Below, piece by piece: positions 1 through 13,765 of a DNA stretch of 64,000 nt (positions within the stretch are counted from its first letter, which is position 1; every line of letters starts with the position of its first letter). This stretch comes from Lingula anatina. Its lineage: Eukaryota; Animalia; Brachiopoda. The notes under the pieces were generated by a model that made no database searches, was not told the origin of the DNA, and worked only from the letters and a program-made list of their open reading frames with translations. Made by a program: the position numbers and the translations under genes. The DNA is taken from assembly GCA_051362555.1 (NCBI GenBank), contig CM120641.1, forward strand, positions 34,168,401-34,232,400, in the 5' to 3' direction.

Positions 1-1933
1 CCGTTCATGTAAAAAAGCAAAAAGAGCTGACTAGATTTTGCTTGATGAATCAATAATCGCGTGTTATTTCTGTGACTCAGTGCTAGTATTGTTAGAAATA
101 TCCGGCAAGAAAGTTATTTCGGAACAAAGGATATTCCACCAGGAGATCACTATCATGCAACATGCGATTTGGTCAAACTATCATCAACAATAACAAAATT
201 AAGGTGGCAATTACTCAAAGATTACATTTTCTTCTCCTTTATAAAAAACTCGTGTATGAAATTAATATTGAACTAAGTAAGCGGTGTTAAATACTAATAA
301 ATACAAAGAGTAGGTGACGCAGGGGAGTATGGCAAGAACTATTCTTAAATCATTTCATCACCATCACCGCCATATTACTTCACTCTGTCATCATATTCCA
401 ACTCGTTACGTTATATATAGCCCATACATGGAGGGACGGGCTCAGTTTGGTTTTCTCTCTTCTCACAATTGAAAGTCAGCCAGATTCAAATGATTTCAAA
501 AACCCTTGAGCCTGGGCAGTGGCTGGATGCTCTCTATATCAAAAGCAAATATTCCTCCTTTTAATACAGGTATCTGTTCCCATCGACGGCTGATATTGAT
601 TTTTTGCACTTAATGCCTGATGTCCGCAGGCTAATGGTAGCATTTATGACGTAACCTACGTGTGTCGCAAAGGGTAGGGTTTCCTAATTGATTTGATCAG
701 CGTCTTGTTGGTAACAAAATCGACTTTATCATCCTTTCTAATTGTAACCTAGTTGCAACACATCCACGTAAAACTTATATCGACCATTTTGATTTAGCGT
801 TCAAACCCAAGTGATTATTTTCGTGTGCCCAAAGCGACTATTGAAAGCAAACTTTTTTTTAACTTTTTGTCATTCTGAGAACTTCATTCCTTTGACAGCA
901 TCTCGGTTCAACGGTATTGAGTGTAAAAGCAAAGGACAAGCGGGAGACATATAATCGATGTATATGTATACGAAAAGCTATTACTTGAAGGGGACTGTAC
1001 ATGTATTTTCATAATGAATATTCCCTCTCACAAATGCTGATCATATTTTATTTCTGATACAGAGTGAAAATGACACACTTATCATATCGCTAAGTTCCCT
1101 ATAATTCAAGATATCACAAGTAATATATATTAGCACGGCTTGAAACATTTAACTTCCATGAGTAACACTAGTTTTTGAAAAAGTTAAAAAGTCAGCCACT
1201 GACTAGCTTTAAGAGGATAGAGTGAATATAGCTTAGATAGCTTTATCAGTCCAATGCTTACCTTATTTATTAATTTTAGTTTGACACTGACAGTACATAC
1301 CAGCCACACGATATGATCACGCGCACAACAAATGAAACGCGTTGGAGTCGGTCTATTTTTGGCGTTATTAGTCGTATCATTTCGGACAATATATACATTT
1401 ATCTTCAAATTGGGCGCTTGTATTAAGCTAATGGGATGAAGTATTAAGTAGTTAAGTATTAAAAGTCGGCCTCTTTGGTCTTAACGTAAGCAGTGTAACT
1501 GTACTTACGTAGTCTACATCATTGGTTATCATCTTGCATCCACAGGTATGCTTAATTTTTACTGAAATTACGCCAGAAAAGACCTGCTTTAGGAGCGATC
1601 TATCAGCCTGTGTTGATGGACTGCTATTCATTCTCTGCACTGTTGACTTAATAACAGAAAAAACTTTTTGATAAAAAATAATAACTATCTGCTGGAGAGG
1701 TTCGTTCGTTCGCGTTCGATTTATTATGAGCGTTATCAGATAGTCGCCTGCGTAATGAATTAATTATAAAACTTAAATTTAAATTTGAATTAAAATTTAT
1801 GGGGGGGGGGGGGGCAAAATGGGTCCCAGTCTTGTGTTAATCATCAAGAAAGTAAAATATGGCTTACATAACCATTTTGTTAACAGCAAAACTTGCTCCA
1901 TTAAACTGTATCAAATGTAAAGACTTATTGGCG

Positions 1934-1967
1934 AATGTCACGTACATATATCTATGTACGTGACATT
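1934..1967. repeat. 34-bp hairpin
   Basis: AATGTCACGTACATA-TATC-TATGTACGTGACATT: 15-bp perfect stem. Confidence 0.7.
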
Positions 1968-2777
1968 ATGAACTACAGCATTTCAATTATTTTTATGTGT
2001 GTGTGTTGTACCGGTAGGTAATTCAAGTATCAATCCCAAAAGAGTAAAATTTAGATTTTTAAGTCATGTCGACTATTCTACTTTTGCATATTATTACTGA
2101 CATCGAGTTGCAAATTTCGGAAAGAATATTCCCAAGCGCCACGCAGTTTGTCACTACCGATGTTCTTCTTAGGCGCGTGCTCGGTTGTGTTTAAACGTGT
2201 CCCAAATGCACATCACGTTATTTCAAAATATAAGATATATAAGCTTGTCTACATATGTAAGGAATGTCCCCGGTACTTTACGTAAACCGAGTGACAATAA
2301 CAAGCTGCCCAGGGTCAGAGAGCGTTACTACAAATATGCCTACTATTTAAATGACTGAACAATGTCATAGGTATGCGTGCTAGTAAAAATAGGTCACATC
2401 TACAAATGGCATTTCTCTCAAGTTTCTTTCTCACTTTCTTTTTTTAGCGCTGTCAGTTCCGTTTTTATGCTGTTTCGTTAAAGTACGTCTTATGATTTAC
2501 TCGCACAATCCTATGATACGTGTAGCAGTACCTGACATATTTTCTTTGTACATATATCAAGGACAAAGACTAGAAATGTGTTTATACCTACAAGATTTCG
2601 AACAGTTAAAGAACAATTCAGAGTTGTCCGATGCACGTGCTTGCGTGCGCTCGTGTGTGTGTAAACACATGCGAACTCTCCTCACATGGAGCCTTTTCCT
2701 ACACAATGACATACCCCGGTAGGTTTTTCGTGTACCTAAAGCTCAACCTAGACTGAATTTCATATATTTTAATTGAC

Positions 2778-5700
2778 CTACCCGTAATTAATTCTTCCAT
2801 TCTCAGTTTTATCCAGTTTATCCACAATTAGCTGTAACTGTTTACGATCAAATGGCACCTGAAGCTCCTGCAAGATGACAACAGGATAATAAGACGATTG
2901 CATAACTGCCAAGAGAAGAGACGTTGCAAAAATATTTTGAAAAATCAAATATTGGTCTGGGTTGAACTATGAAGGTTTGCAATACTGCGGGTGAGCTTTA
3001 CCATTTCCGTCAAAATTACACGTAGTCTTGTTTATACACTTATCACTATATTGAAAAAATGAATATATGTTATTGGGTTTATTGTCATAAGTCAGTAAAC
3101 ATGCTAGAAGGGGTAAGCCAGGTTGTCAGATTTAAAGGCATGCTTTCACGGCATGTTTAACAAACCTCGAGAACTGCCACAAAATCATCGGCAGAAACGC
3201 TCAAAGAATGGTCTACGTCATATTTCTGCAGCATGCTAACCAATCGTGAGTCATTGATGACCACGTGCTCCTGAAGAACCAATAGCGGGTCTTTCTTTCT
3301 GCGGGGATCAACGGCGCGCTTGCCAATGTCTTCAGCCGTGTTCCCAGACGACAGGATAGGTCCATGGAGGATTTCAATTTTTCTCTTTTGTTTTAGTTCC
3401 TCGACAATTTTGAGAAATTCAAATTCCACTGGAATTTCCTGAAATCAACCATTCAATACAATCATAATAATGCAAAGATAAATAATCAATGTGATGAAAG
3501 CCCTAACGTCTTTACCAAATATGATTATAATTTCAAAACTCATTTTAACTTGTGTTATAAACGTCAAGAAAGGTTGGTTGCACATACAGCACTCAATGCA
3601 TCATTTGTAACTCACCGATAAATCAATGTGACTTAAAACACTTCCTTCAGAATTGCTGAGGTCTGTAACGATTGCTATGCAACCGGAGGTGGATATTGGA
3701 TTGTTCCCCATCTAAAATATCAGGCATAATTAGGAAGAAGATATTGTCACCACGTTTATTCTTTGCAAAGATAAGAAGACGTTCTTCTCAACTTGCTAAA
3801 GACAAGAAAATCTGATTTGGACATTTAACAACATAATGCAGATAAGAAAGAGAGGATGAGTTAGTAGCTGCACCTTTACTTGCACAATTACATAGAGATT
3901 TGCTATCTCGAGAATAGTGTTGATAATTGTATTTATATGACAATATATCTTCCTATAGAAAGAATTGGAGATGATTTTTTTTTATTTTGTTCTCATTTCT
4001 TAAGCTCTCAGCTCAATCTTTCTTAGAATCTACCTTTAAAACAGTAAGGGTCTCATTTTTCTTGAGTGCTTTTCCTATCTTCACAGCAACATCGCATGTC
4101 AGTCGATTTCCGCTTATGTCTAATTCGAGCAATGAGGAATTGTTTGCTATGGCATCAGCAATTGCAGCACCACCTTCCGGGCCAAAGCCATTCCAGGACA
4201 GATTACACGTTTTCAGTATTACGTTCTCCTAGAAAAAGTATATTTGTAAAAGTATATTTGTGTTCATAAAAGCGTTTCTTTCTTGGAGATAATTTTTTGA
4301 TAAATTCTGACCTTGAAAATAACACTAAAAAGTATGCATCTTTACTAGACAACGTCATGGTGAATACTTTAAAACTGTTAATCGTACACACTTAAACGAG
4401 CTGTTATCATCTCTCGTTTCTTCTTGTTTCACATTTACACATAAAAGAAACATAAATTGGTCAGCTGACCTGAAATTGACTTCCAACGAGTTCTCGATAT
4501 AGCAATATATTGGGGAGATCAAATGTTTTCTTTTTATTAACACAAATTTTAAAAGAAAACTTGAATTTATAGACTTTAAAGAGCCCTGTGATACTGTCTG
4601 ACAAGACATACCGCCAGACCCTTTGCCACAGCAACGGCACCACGGCGTCTGATATTGTTCCAGCTCAGGTCCAAAACATCTAGGTATTCATTGGCACCTA
4701 GATTATACAAATGCAATAAAAAGAAAATAAATGCTTTCAGAATTGTATGAAGAGACACATATATGGGCTGAAATAAGAGAATGGTACAAATGTTTATAAG
4801 ACAGATTGTGGGCCGTGAAATGAGAAATTTAAAGCCAAGCATGACATTTGTCATTTACGGCGACAGCCAGAAAAATTATTAGTCGTTGAAATGCCATGCT
4901 TATATCTAGGTGTGTACACTCAATACTTCAATTTGTTTTTCCGTGTGTGTGTGCTTGTGTTGTTCGTATTTTTAAATAGAAAATGGTCATTACAAAGAGC
5001 TATGCCACCTGATGGTTATTAATGCATTTTCCTTTGCTATTTCAGCTCAATTTCTGAATAACAAGGTGGTTTCTCTCGTAAGAGACTCGCCTTCAATCAA
5101 TTTAAAGGAAATATTTAGGAAAACAGGATTAAGCAATGGTCCTCGTTAACCGAAATAATTGTAAGGGCTTCCTGTTGAAAATAAAAAAATAGAAAAATAC
5201 ATGTATGAAAAATAGAAATCAACAATTTATTATATATTTCCCCGCCTTACTTTTCCTAAAAACGAACAAACATTAAATTCTGTGTTTGGTGTATGGAATT
5301 TCTTCATAATTTTATATGAAAGACAAACATGTGTAACAAAGGTGGGATGTTTGCAAGCAGAAGCACGCATACCCTAGGAAATAGTCATATTACATACGTG
5401 CTCTTCACATATACAATACATCACGACCATTCTTTTTTAAAGAAAGTAAAATACACCCTATAGATAATCAGAGCACGGTAATAGCCAAGACCTCATCAAT
5501 AATGCTCGATTCATGTACATACCAATAGCTGGTCCGAGCACTTCGCCTGCCTCTTCACCAAAGAAATTATGACTTAGATTAAGCTCACGGAGTGTAGTAT
5601 TTTTCTGCAAAAAACATGTGCGTAGTTAGTATTCTTTTATCGTGTTTGTGCACTGCAACTGAACTAATTGAAGCTTAGTCACTGGGAAGAAGCGTGCAGC

Positions 5701-8448
5701 GTAGGTTTTTGCAATCCTGTGATCAAAATGCCAAAAATGATACACCATACTTAGGTTCCTTTACTCCAGCGATTTGAAAATCGGGCAAGTTTTTTAAAGC
5801 TAACACTTATTTAATGAACCAAAGATGCCTATGCATAATTTCAAGAATGTACTCCCAATGGAATGGTTATTCATTCTTGATGATCTCCATAAACAAAACA
5901 TTACCTCCATAGCATCAGCCAGGCCTGCTGCATCTTTATTCTGGAACTCATTTCCCGAAATATTCAACTTCCGTAAATTCGTATTGACCAGAAGCATCTT
6001 TGCAACGTAGTAAGCACCTTGAGAGCCAAGTTTGTTTTTGGCCATAGACTAAAAATAATAAATATATGCAGAGAACATTAAATTTAAAATGAAAAATATT
6101 CATCTTGAAGGCAGAAATGTCTGTTTACATGATTGTGAATCTGCCTAAAAGACCTCACGGAGATTTAGTCAATTAATAAAAGGAATTCAGTTAATCTTTT
6201 ATTGTCACGAATTGAAACAGGGGTATCAGAGAAGAGATAGGGGCTGATGAGAAAGCTGAAGTCATCAGTGGATATGTAAATTGCAGTATAACTCCACACG
6301 TGCTTAAAGACAGCAGAACATTTTAATATCATTCGATCTAATGATGATCTCTTCCTGATTTGATAACGCGTGGTTTACAATGTAAGTGGACTGGACTTCT
6401 TTGTTAGATTGGATTCTTTTGTTTAGGTTGTTATATACACTTGTAATAAGGAAACAAGTAACATTTCGAACTCAATTTTAGCAATATATTGTTATACTAC
6501 GTACATAATATTCCTTGTGGATCGTTATTTGCACAGTAATATTTACCACATTAGTGTGTTTCTGTGGTTCGAAAGCAGATACTAATGACTTTGTCTGCTG
6601 TAAGTAAATAAACGCACTGTAATTTTCGTGGAAATTAATAAATTCTTGTAGCAACACACCCAGGAAATGAGTGGAGAAATAATCAACTATGCCGTAACAG
6701 TGTGCACGTACTTCGAAATTGCATACGCTAATATTAAACAAACCCCTCTGCTGGAAAGAAAATATTCAGTCGTTACGGTTTAAGATGTTTAGCAATAGCC
6801 TACAGAGTATAAGGCATGTCCTGCTGTTTTTTTTTTTTTTTTTTTTTTTTGGGGGGGGGGGGGGGGGAGAGGAGGTCCGACCATGGATTTTTTTGGCATA
6901 CAGCGTTCATTATATCGTGTTCGTTCTTTTGGGATGTTCTAAGCCATAGGCTGAAGCTTGGATCGGGTCGTTGAATAGGGTGAGGGTCGCAATATAAGTA
7001 AAAGGCGCGTTTCCTCATTTAATACACGGTTATTATATCATCTATGTACCCTAAAGCCATATGAGCTTAACATTGGCTGCGCCACAAGAATACATTGTGT
7101 GTCCCGGTGACGGTTTAGCACATTGCACACCCGACTCTTGTTCATTGCGTTCTACGTAACACCTACCACATCATGAATGTACTCATTCTCCTCTAGGGTT
7201 TTCGACAACGCTTTCCCTCCTTCCCCTTCCATCCAGTTTCCTTCTAAATCCAGTTTCTCTAAGCTGATGACATCCTAAATAAATGAAAAGTCAAATATTC
7301 TTAAAGTGACATGTAACACGTATAAAAAGGATTTGCCCATGTATATGGCATTTTATCTGTATGCGTGCGAGTAAAATCATGCATTTCAACTTTATCCCTT
7401 ACAAAACAGCATTATGCTGCACCGCTTCGTTTACTGTAGAATATTACAGAGTTAACAAAATAAAAGAAAAGCTCGCTTCTGTCACACCCTGGTCACGTGA
7501 CCTACTCTGAGCACCCTGGCTATGGCTCTGGTTCCCTGGACTCCCAGGCCGTGACTCCGCATTATAATGACCTTGTCCACCATATGTCGGGTAAAATAAG
7601 ACACAGGGACCACGCCCAGCTGTTCGCAGAGCTTCGTGTATTGTGTTCGATAGGTAGGATCGTGTGGGGTCTTACTGTCCTCTACGAGCAAAATTGGAAT
7701 AAAATAGTGATCAAAAGTTGCAAGTTTTATGGCAGCCATGTGTGTTTTCATTTATGCCACGGTATAATTACACTTTTTTATTTCTCAATAATTTTTCAAT
7801 ATATACTGATTCTGAATCCAAGACGTTTACAACAATTCCTTTCGTCAAAAAATTGTACCTGAATGTTTGTTTAATGACGACAAATTAACCATACTTAGGA
7901 GGAGAAAGTGTGCACGTTATTTTATTTCTTCATATGTGCATTCCTGAGGTCAGAAATAGAAAAGAAAGAGTGTCCCATCTCTTTTTCTCTCTTAAAAAAA
8001 TTATTACTGGCTCTCCAAGCTCACCTTCTATCTCTAGGTCAGTATCCCATCCGTCGTCATCGTCATCATCTGGCGGCTCATACGGCGCTACATTCCTTAA
8101 ACTTATTTCTTGCTCATCTATGTCAGACTCCGTGTCACTTTTACTTTCTTTTTCGTTGTCTTCTTCTCTTAACTCAGTTATTAGAATATCAGCTTTACCG
8201 TTTTGATTTTGAATATTCTTTTCATTGTTTTCGTTAAAATGCGACCTATCGTCTGCAATGGGATCTCCTCCTGGAGTTCTTAAAAATGATGGGCGGCCAT
8301 TTTGGGAAGGAAGACGCTTGTTGGAAGTGAATGGTCTTTCTTCTTCTTCTTCCTTTATAACAGTCATAGGACCATCCTTTTCAGTATGTTTAGTAATTTC
8401 TGTTGAATTCTCGTTGTGGGCTCCATTTGTGTCAGCATCCGTGTTTTC
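2778..8448 (-). CDS. LRRC74: LRRC74-like leucine-rich-repeat protein with C-terminal EF-hand-like region, copy 1 (multi-exon)
   Basis: Phase-compatible GT-AG exons: 8025-8448, 7506-7681, 7167-7274, 5905-6048, 5523-5604, 4612-4697, 4034-4228, 3616-3711, 3166-3438, ~2778-2867. Acidic GWDTDLE motif, YxxxCxxLGVVPVSYF, RI-type LRRs (LDLSWNNIRRRGA, NLSWNGFGPEGG), EF-hand-like loops (YDVDHSLSVSADDF, LDKTENGRINY). True start uncertain (ATG 8367 or candidate exon 9811-9882); last exon uncertain (read-through TAG at 2778-2780). Confidence 0.88.
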
Positions 8449-8951
8449 CTACATGAAATGAGAATTAACTCCAATATTATTTAAAGATTGATTAAAAAAG
8501 TAATTCTGTCCACAAAATCAAAATTAATGTGGCGTTTTTTATTTTCACAAAAATGTGTACTCAGGTAGTTCTGTCGTTTATGTTTTAAACTCCGAACACT
8601 ATTTTTAACTGAACCTTTTCGTATGTTACACGCATTTATTTCTTCTAAAATTGGCAATTTTCGTCTGAACTGATGGCAACTTTTCCATCATCATTTCTTT
8701 TATTCAGAAAGATTTCTTGGGAAGCGTGAACGCGTAAGTTACAAATACCAGTTTCAACAACAAGTTATGCAAGTGACCTCCCTGTTATAATCAATATTAC
8801 ATAATCGTGGATTAATTAAGAACAATCCAATGTTATTTTAACTTGTTTGTGACGCCGGTTTTCAAGTTCGTTATATTTCTACACTATCGACACAATACAA
8901 TGCCTCTGTGCAAACAGCTGATATTTTGTAACCTTATGCAGTGTAACACAG

Positions 8952-9025
8952 TGGTTATAGACGTCTGAAAATTTTCTTGGTCACACAGGTCCTGTGTGGT
9001 TATAGACGTCTGAAAAATTTCTTGG
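8952..9025 (+). repeat. Short tandem duplication (44-bp period)
   Basis: GTGGTTATAGACGTCTGAAAA(T/A)TTTCTTGG occurs twice. Confidence 0.7.
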
Positions 9026-10219
9026 CATTATCGTCATTGAGAATTGGTAAATAATTAGCCAGTTGTGAGAGAAAGGCAATCAAACTAATAGTCCCTATTC
9101 GATTCAGGTATAGAGACGAGGACCTGTAAACTGAGCTAGTTGCTTGACCTCGCTGAAAAGGCACTTACCAAATCAGATCCAAAATATTTTCATATATTAC
9201 AGAAAAGCTATTGAATAATTTAACTGTGCACGTGTGTATAAATACCGTTTCCTATTAAACGTGTAATATTTACTTGGCAAATACCAAAACTACGCTGCCA
9301 TTTTGTAGCGCAGAATTGGTAAATATCAGCATAATAGCACTTAGCATATACAATGCCACGTTAAAACAACTTTACGGAACAGACTCCTGGCCACTTGAAA
9401 ACATTCAACAACGTAGCCAAGAAAACAATGTCCCAACGTTACGTACCTGCGGGTATTGCTTTCACCTTTTGTAAATATCAGTGTAATTCTGTTATCGTAA
9501 GCATGATAGTCTTTCTAATAATACAGAAGTAAGGAAATTAGACTAATTGACTAATCCTTGAACTCTTTTGAATGTTACCCTGCAAAAATATTAATAGAAT
9601 CAACTTGTATATTTTATTTTTATTTTTTAAACTGTAAAAGTCATGTGTGATATTCTAATATCTTTTAAACTGCGGTCACAATTTTCTCATACTATACCGC
9701 ATTCTACATTAACAATCCACTTTTATATTTGAATATTTTTGTCCTTTTCAAATCAAATTGTAAACAGTGAGGCTACACATATAGAAAAGAATTAATGGGA
9801 GTACATCAACCTGTAGCATTAAAATCACTGCTGGGGGGTATAAGATATCTTGTTCTATAAAAACAGAATGTCTCCCCTTCATCAATCACACAGCAGAAGA
9901 TCGATCTGAACGTCAGAGTTATCAAACTCTGTTAAATTGGGGTCACGTAACTCTTCAACAGATTGGGTTACACGTTGCCTCAGCGATGTTGATCCCTTAG
10001 CGGTACAAAGCAGATATATAATATATAATATATAAGTCATACTGTATATAGGCCGTATAGGCTCCTGCGATCAACACATTAATATGGTGGTGTTCAGTAT
10101 GTTATGCTTTTTGAATTAAAATAACAACTCCCTACCACCCAACCCCCGAAAAAGGATAATAGAGATAAAGAGAAGGAAATTAAACAAATGAAAATAGAAT
10201 AGCATGTAGTCAGTGCTAC

Positions 10220-10706
10220 CAGGGCCGTAGCCTCCGGGGGGGCAGGGGGGGCAGCTGCCCCCCCTGGAAATTGGGGTGCAAAAAAAAAATGATCGCAAAG
10301 GTGAAAAAAATAATTGCAAAGTTGGTATCAATTCTGTGAGAAAAGGCACTCATGGCCACTAGACAATCATTCAACAATCTGTTTACAAAGGTGTACTGTT
10401 TTTAGCCAACTCAGTTCATGCCAAAAAGCTCACCCTCCCTGAGGGAGCTATCCCTCAGGCCAATTGGCGTGTTGTGTTGAAAAAATGACTGTACTTATGG
10501 CAAAATGAACCCACAATTTCTAATTCTGATTGACCAATAAATAACATTTAAAATGCACCAGAATGCAGTATTATACATACAGTTTTTAAAAATTTTCCAC
10601 ACCGTGGGAGGGGGGCACCCCCTCCCACACCCTCCCCCCTCGGGGGCTCCGCCCCCTCGTGTCCGCTTACTGCCCCCCCTGGCATTTTGCTCAGGCTACG
10701 GCCCTG
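10220..10706. mobile_element. hAT-like MITE with 14-bp TIR and 5-bp TSD
   Basis: TIR CAGGGCCGTAGCCT / AGGCTACGGCCCTG; GCTAC at 10215-10219 and 10707-10711; G/C-run subterminal sequence. Confidence 0.82.
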
Positions 10707-13700
10707 GCTACGTCCCGTTACGTCCCGTCTTCGGAAGTTAAGTAATACATGTAACATTGTAACTATGAAACAATGTCGCCAAACCTGGCCCTTGGACCTC
10801 TGCCGTTTTTGGAATTAAGTTTTGGTTTCTACCATTCTTATTAACCAGATTAACTCATATCATGACTTGCTGAAGTTGCTCAAATCTTTCATGATCTTAG
10901 TGTAACTACTGACCCGGAGAACAGAGCAAAGTCTGCTCTGCAGGTTGGGGCAATCGTCTCGGCTGTCGTGTAACTATACCAACTATACAGGGTAAGTATA
11001 GATGTACGAGGTTTTCTTAAGAATTTATTGATCACCTAACAACATTCTTTCAGTACACTTGGTTGAGAAGAGATGTTAACCTTTTGCCTCTCACCGGGAG
11101 AATTCTACAATTAATTAACCTGGATTAATGAAACGTTCAGCTTTTGTGTGCGAACTGTCGGGGTTGGCAATATAACCCCCAAGTATGTGTTAGTTCAATT
11201 TATTCATACGTAATTTCACAATAACATTTTTGCTATCCATTCATTCATTCATTCATTCATTTCACGTGTTAATATTTTAACTGCTTCCACCAAGATTATC
11301 ATTTCACCAGGACCCAATTTCCTTATAGTTTCCGCTAGTAAGGCACTATGCAAACATGAGATCTTTTTTTATTAAATTTTATCAGCTAACACCAAGACAT
11401 GATACAGGCTTGTTGTCCAATGTCTTAGTTGGTATTCATTTTGAGTTGTTTTCAGAGAGACAATCATACCAGAACGTTATAACTTACCCCATTGCCTATG
11501 TCGTCTCTCTCCGTGTCCTCCATATTGTTAGTGAAATTACCATAGCAACTGCAATATGTGGAGTTCTGGTAAAAGGTGCCTTATTAGAGGTTGATCCGGA
11601 GAAGCATTCACCTCCTATGAGTTACGCTCGATTGAATTACAATACTAACCATGCAGTGTCAAGTCTCAGTCTTCGATTAAAACTAAACGCGAGTGTTGTT
11701 TGGAAACACAGGCGGTGGATTAGGAGCGTCACCTGGCGTATTGGAAAAATCGGCTATCGGTGAACTTCTACTATAATCACTGCTGCGATAAGGGTTTCTT
11801 AAGCAGCGTTCGGTTGAGGTCGCGTGGTGACGAATTAATCCAGGGGGAGAAGTTGTATTTCTCTTCACTTAAGGGTCTGTCAGATGCCTTAATTAGCGCA
11901 AAGGATTTCACTTGATTGCAGTTTCATTACGTAAACCGTTACGTGAAAACACAGCATGTGGTAGCTGGCCATTTAATTGACCCATAGGCTTTTCTCGTTG
12001 AACAGAAACCTCACGAGAATCGAGTTTAATGACGTCACTGCAGTCTACCACGCGCTCCATGTGTGTTATTTTAAAAATCTTAAGTACCTCATTTTGATAC
12101 GTTATATTATAGACGCTTAGTTCTATTAGCTAAAGGACTTTTTTTATTAACATTGTGCAGTAAACATTTGCACCGGTATTAGCATGAGCTATCTTAAAAA
12201 CCAAATACAAACAAAAGATGGTATGTCAACTTGACATGTCGGCTCCTTGAGGGTCTTGTCACCAAGGTCCGTGCACCATGCAGAAAAGGTCGTTTGCTTG
12301 AGAATTCAATCGATGCCTTTTCAATGCAGCTTTTTCGCTCCCTTAAACGTACGTTTTCAAAGCCGGTTATTAGTTCAAGTGTTTCTCTACCCTCTCAAAA
12401 CATTCGTCAATATTGGTAAACAGCATTGTGTTTTTACACAGCATATCCAGGAAGCTGAATGAGAAACAGACTGGACCTGCTGGGCTGGTTAATCATTTTG
12501 AATCCTTTTTACACGGTATCGCATTGAATTACCAAATGACGTTTCATATATTTCCATACATTTGCTGACTTAAAATTACTTCACAAAAGGTTGTCTTTTT
12601 TATAACAGAGGCCTCGAAAACACGCGTTAAGTTAAGATATAGCCTATTTCTTTCTCGTGTCAACTGCTTCAGCAACGCCCCAACCACTTTTTGTTTGGAG
12701 ACTATGGTCACTTACCTTAATTAAAATTATAGTATATTGTGCAGGATGGCAGTTTCACGTCTGTTTTGAGAAAAGTTTATTGAATTTTATTGATATCTGA
12801 AAAAGGGTGGCTGTTAAACTCAGAAATACATGTATGTTCTTTTAAAATAATTTTTATTTAAAAAATTGATTGAAGACTCTTATTTAGAATGCGTTAATAA
12901 GCCCATGTCGACATTTATGAACAAGATGCTTCATCGATCTTTTTTCTAATGTATTATGGATGAAAAGTTAATGAAGATCAGTGAAAACACTTTTCGTCGT
13001 CACCTAAATATATATTTACCCAAAGGATAAGAAACTGGCAAATAAAGAGAACGTGAAATTCAAAAGAATTCTACCTGAGTTGATATATAAGAAGGCTCTC
13101 CTACTAATATACGATTACAGTGCTAAATAAGCAATGAGTATAAAAATAATTTCTTAAACATTTTGTTCGCGTTATAAGTGTTGATCAAATGGTACTTCAA
13201 GGACAATTCTACCGGAACGAAATCGGGTTACCCACAACAGAGGTAATGCAGGATGATCAAAACAAAAACGCATCGGATTTCTTTTTCTTAAACTGCTACC
13301 AACCCAGTGGAAAGGATGGAGACACTTGTAGTCATAAAATTTCGGTTGTAAACATGAAAAAATATACCCGTATGTACTGCTAGCCAATATAGTAACTTTA
13401 CAGTAACTTGCAGAAGCATTTTGATATCATTGCCCAGAATGTTTCAAAGCGTAGAGTTGATGCCTTGAGCACTAACGGTAACTTTCTTTAACCTGCATGC
13501 AACACAGCTTCACTTGGTCTCACCGTTCACCGTGTAACACTGTTAGATTAGGATATTGATGGCTATCACGGTGAGTTTCCAGTTGTCTCAGAAATTAAGG
13601 GTAAGATATGGCAACTGGCGCACAAAGCGCAATCTCATGGTTAGGCAAGACGGGAAAGCAGAAGTACACAATTGATTGAGGATCTTAATAAATCATATAC

Positions 13701-13765
13701 AAAAGCATTATATACTAATACTCAGGGTATCTAGATTTTATAAAGAAACAAGGGATTCGATGTAG

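Noticed and set aside
6826-6867. Long T-run followed by G-run (also G-run at 1801-1814)
   Set aside because: Low-complexity homopolymers, length unreliable in assemblies; no functional evidence.
8001-8008. Alternative donor CCA|gtaata for the acidic LRRC74 copy 1 exon
   Set aside because: Wrong phase for the next exon; the donor at 8024 (GAA G|gtgagc) fits and matches copy 2.
8952-9025. Direct repeats with a short spacer, superficially CRISPR-like
   Set aside because: Only two units, eukaryotic context, no cas genes; a simple tandem duplication (as is 15497-15549).
11356-11763. 135-aa ORF between the LRRC74 genes
   Set aside because: No recognisable domain, splice context or coding bias.
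13172-13700. Short ORFs downstream of LRRC74 copy 2
   Set aside because: No motifs; more simply the 3' UTR or intergenic sequence.
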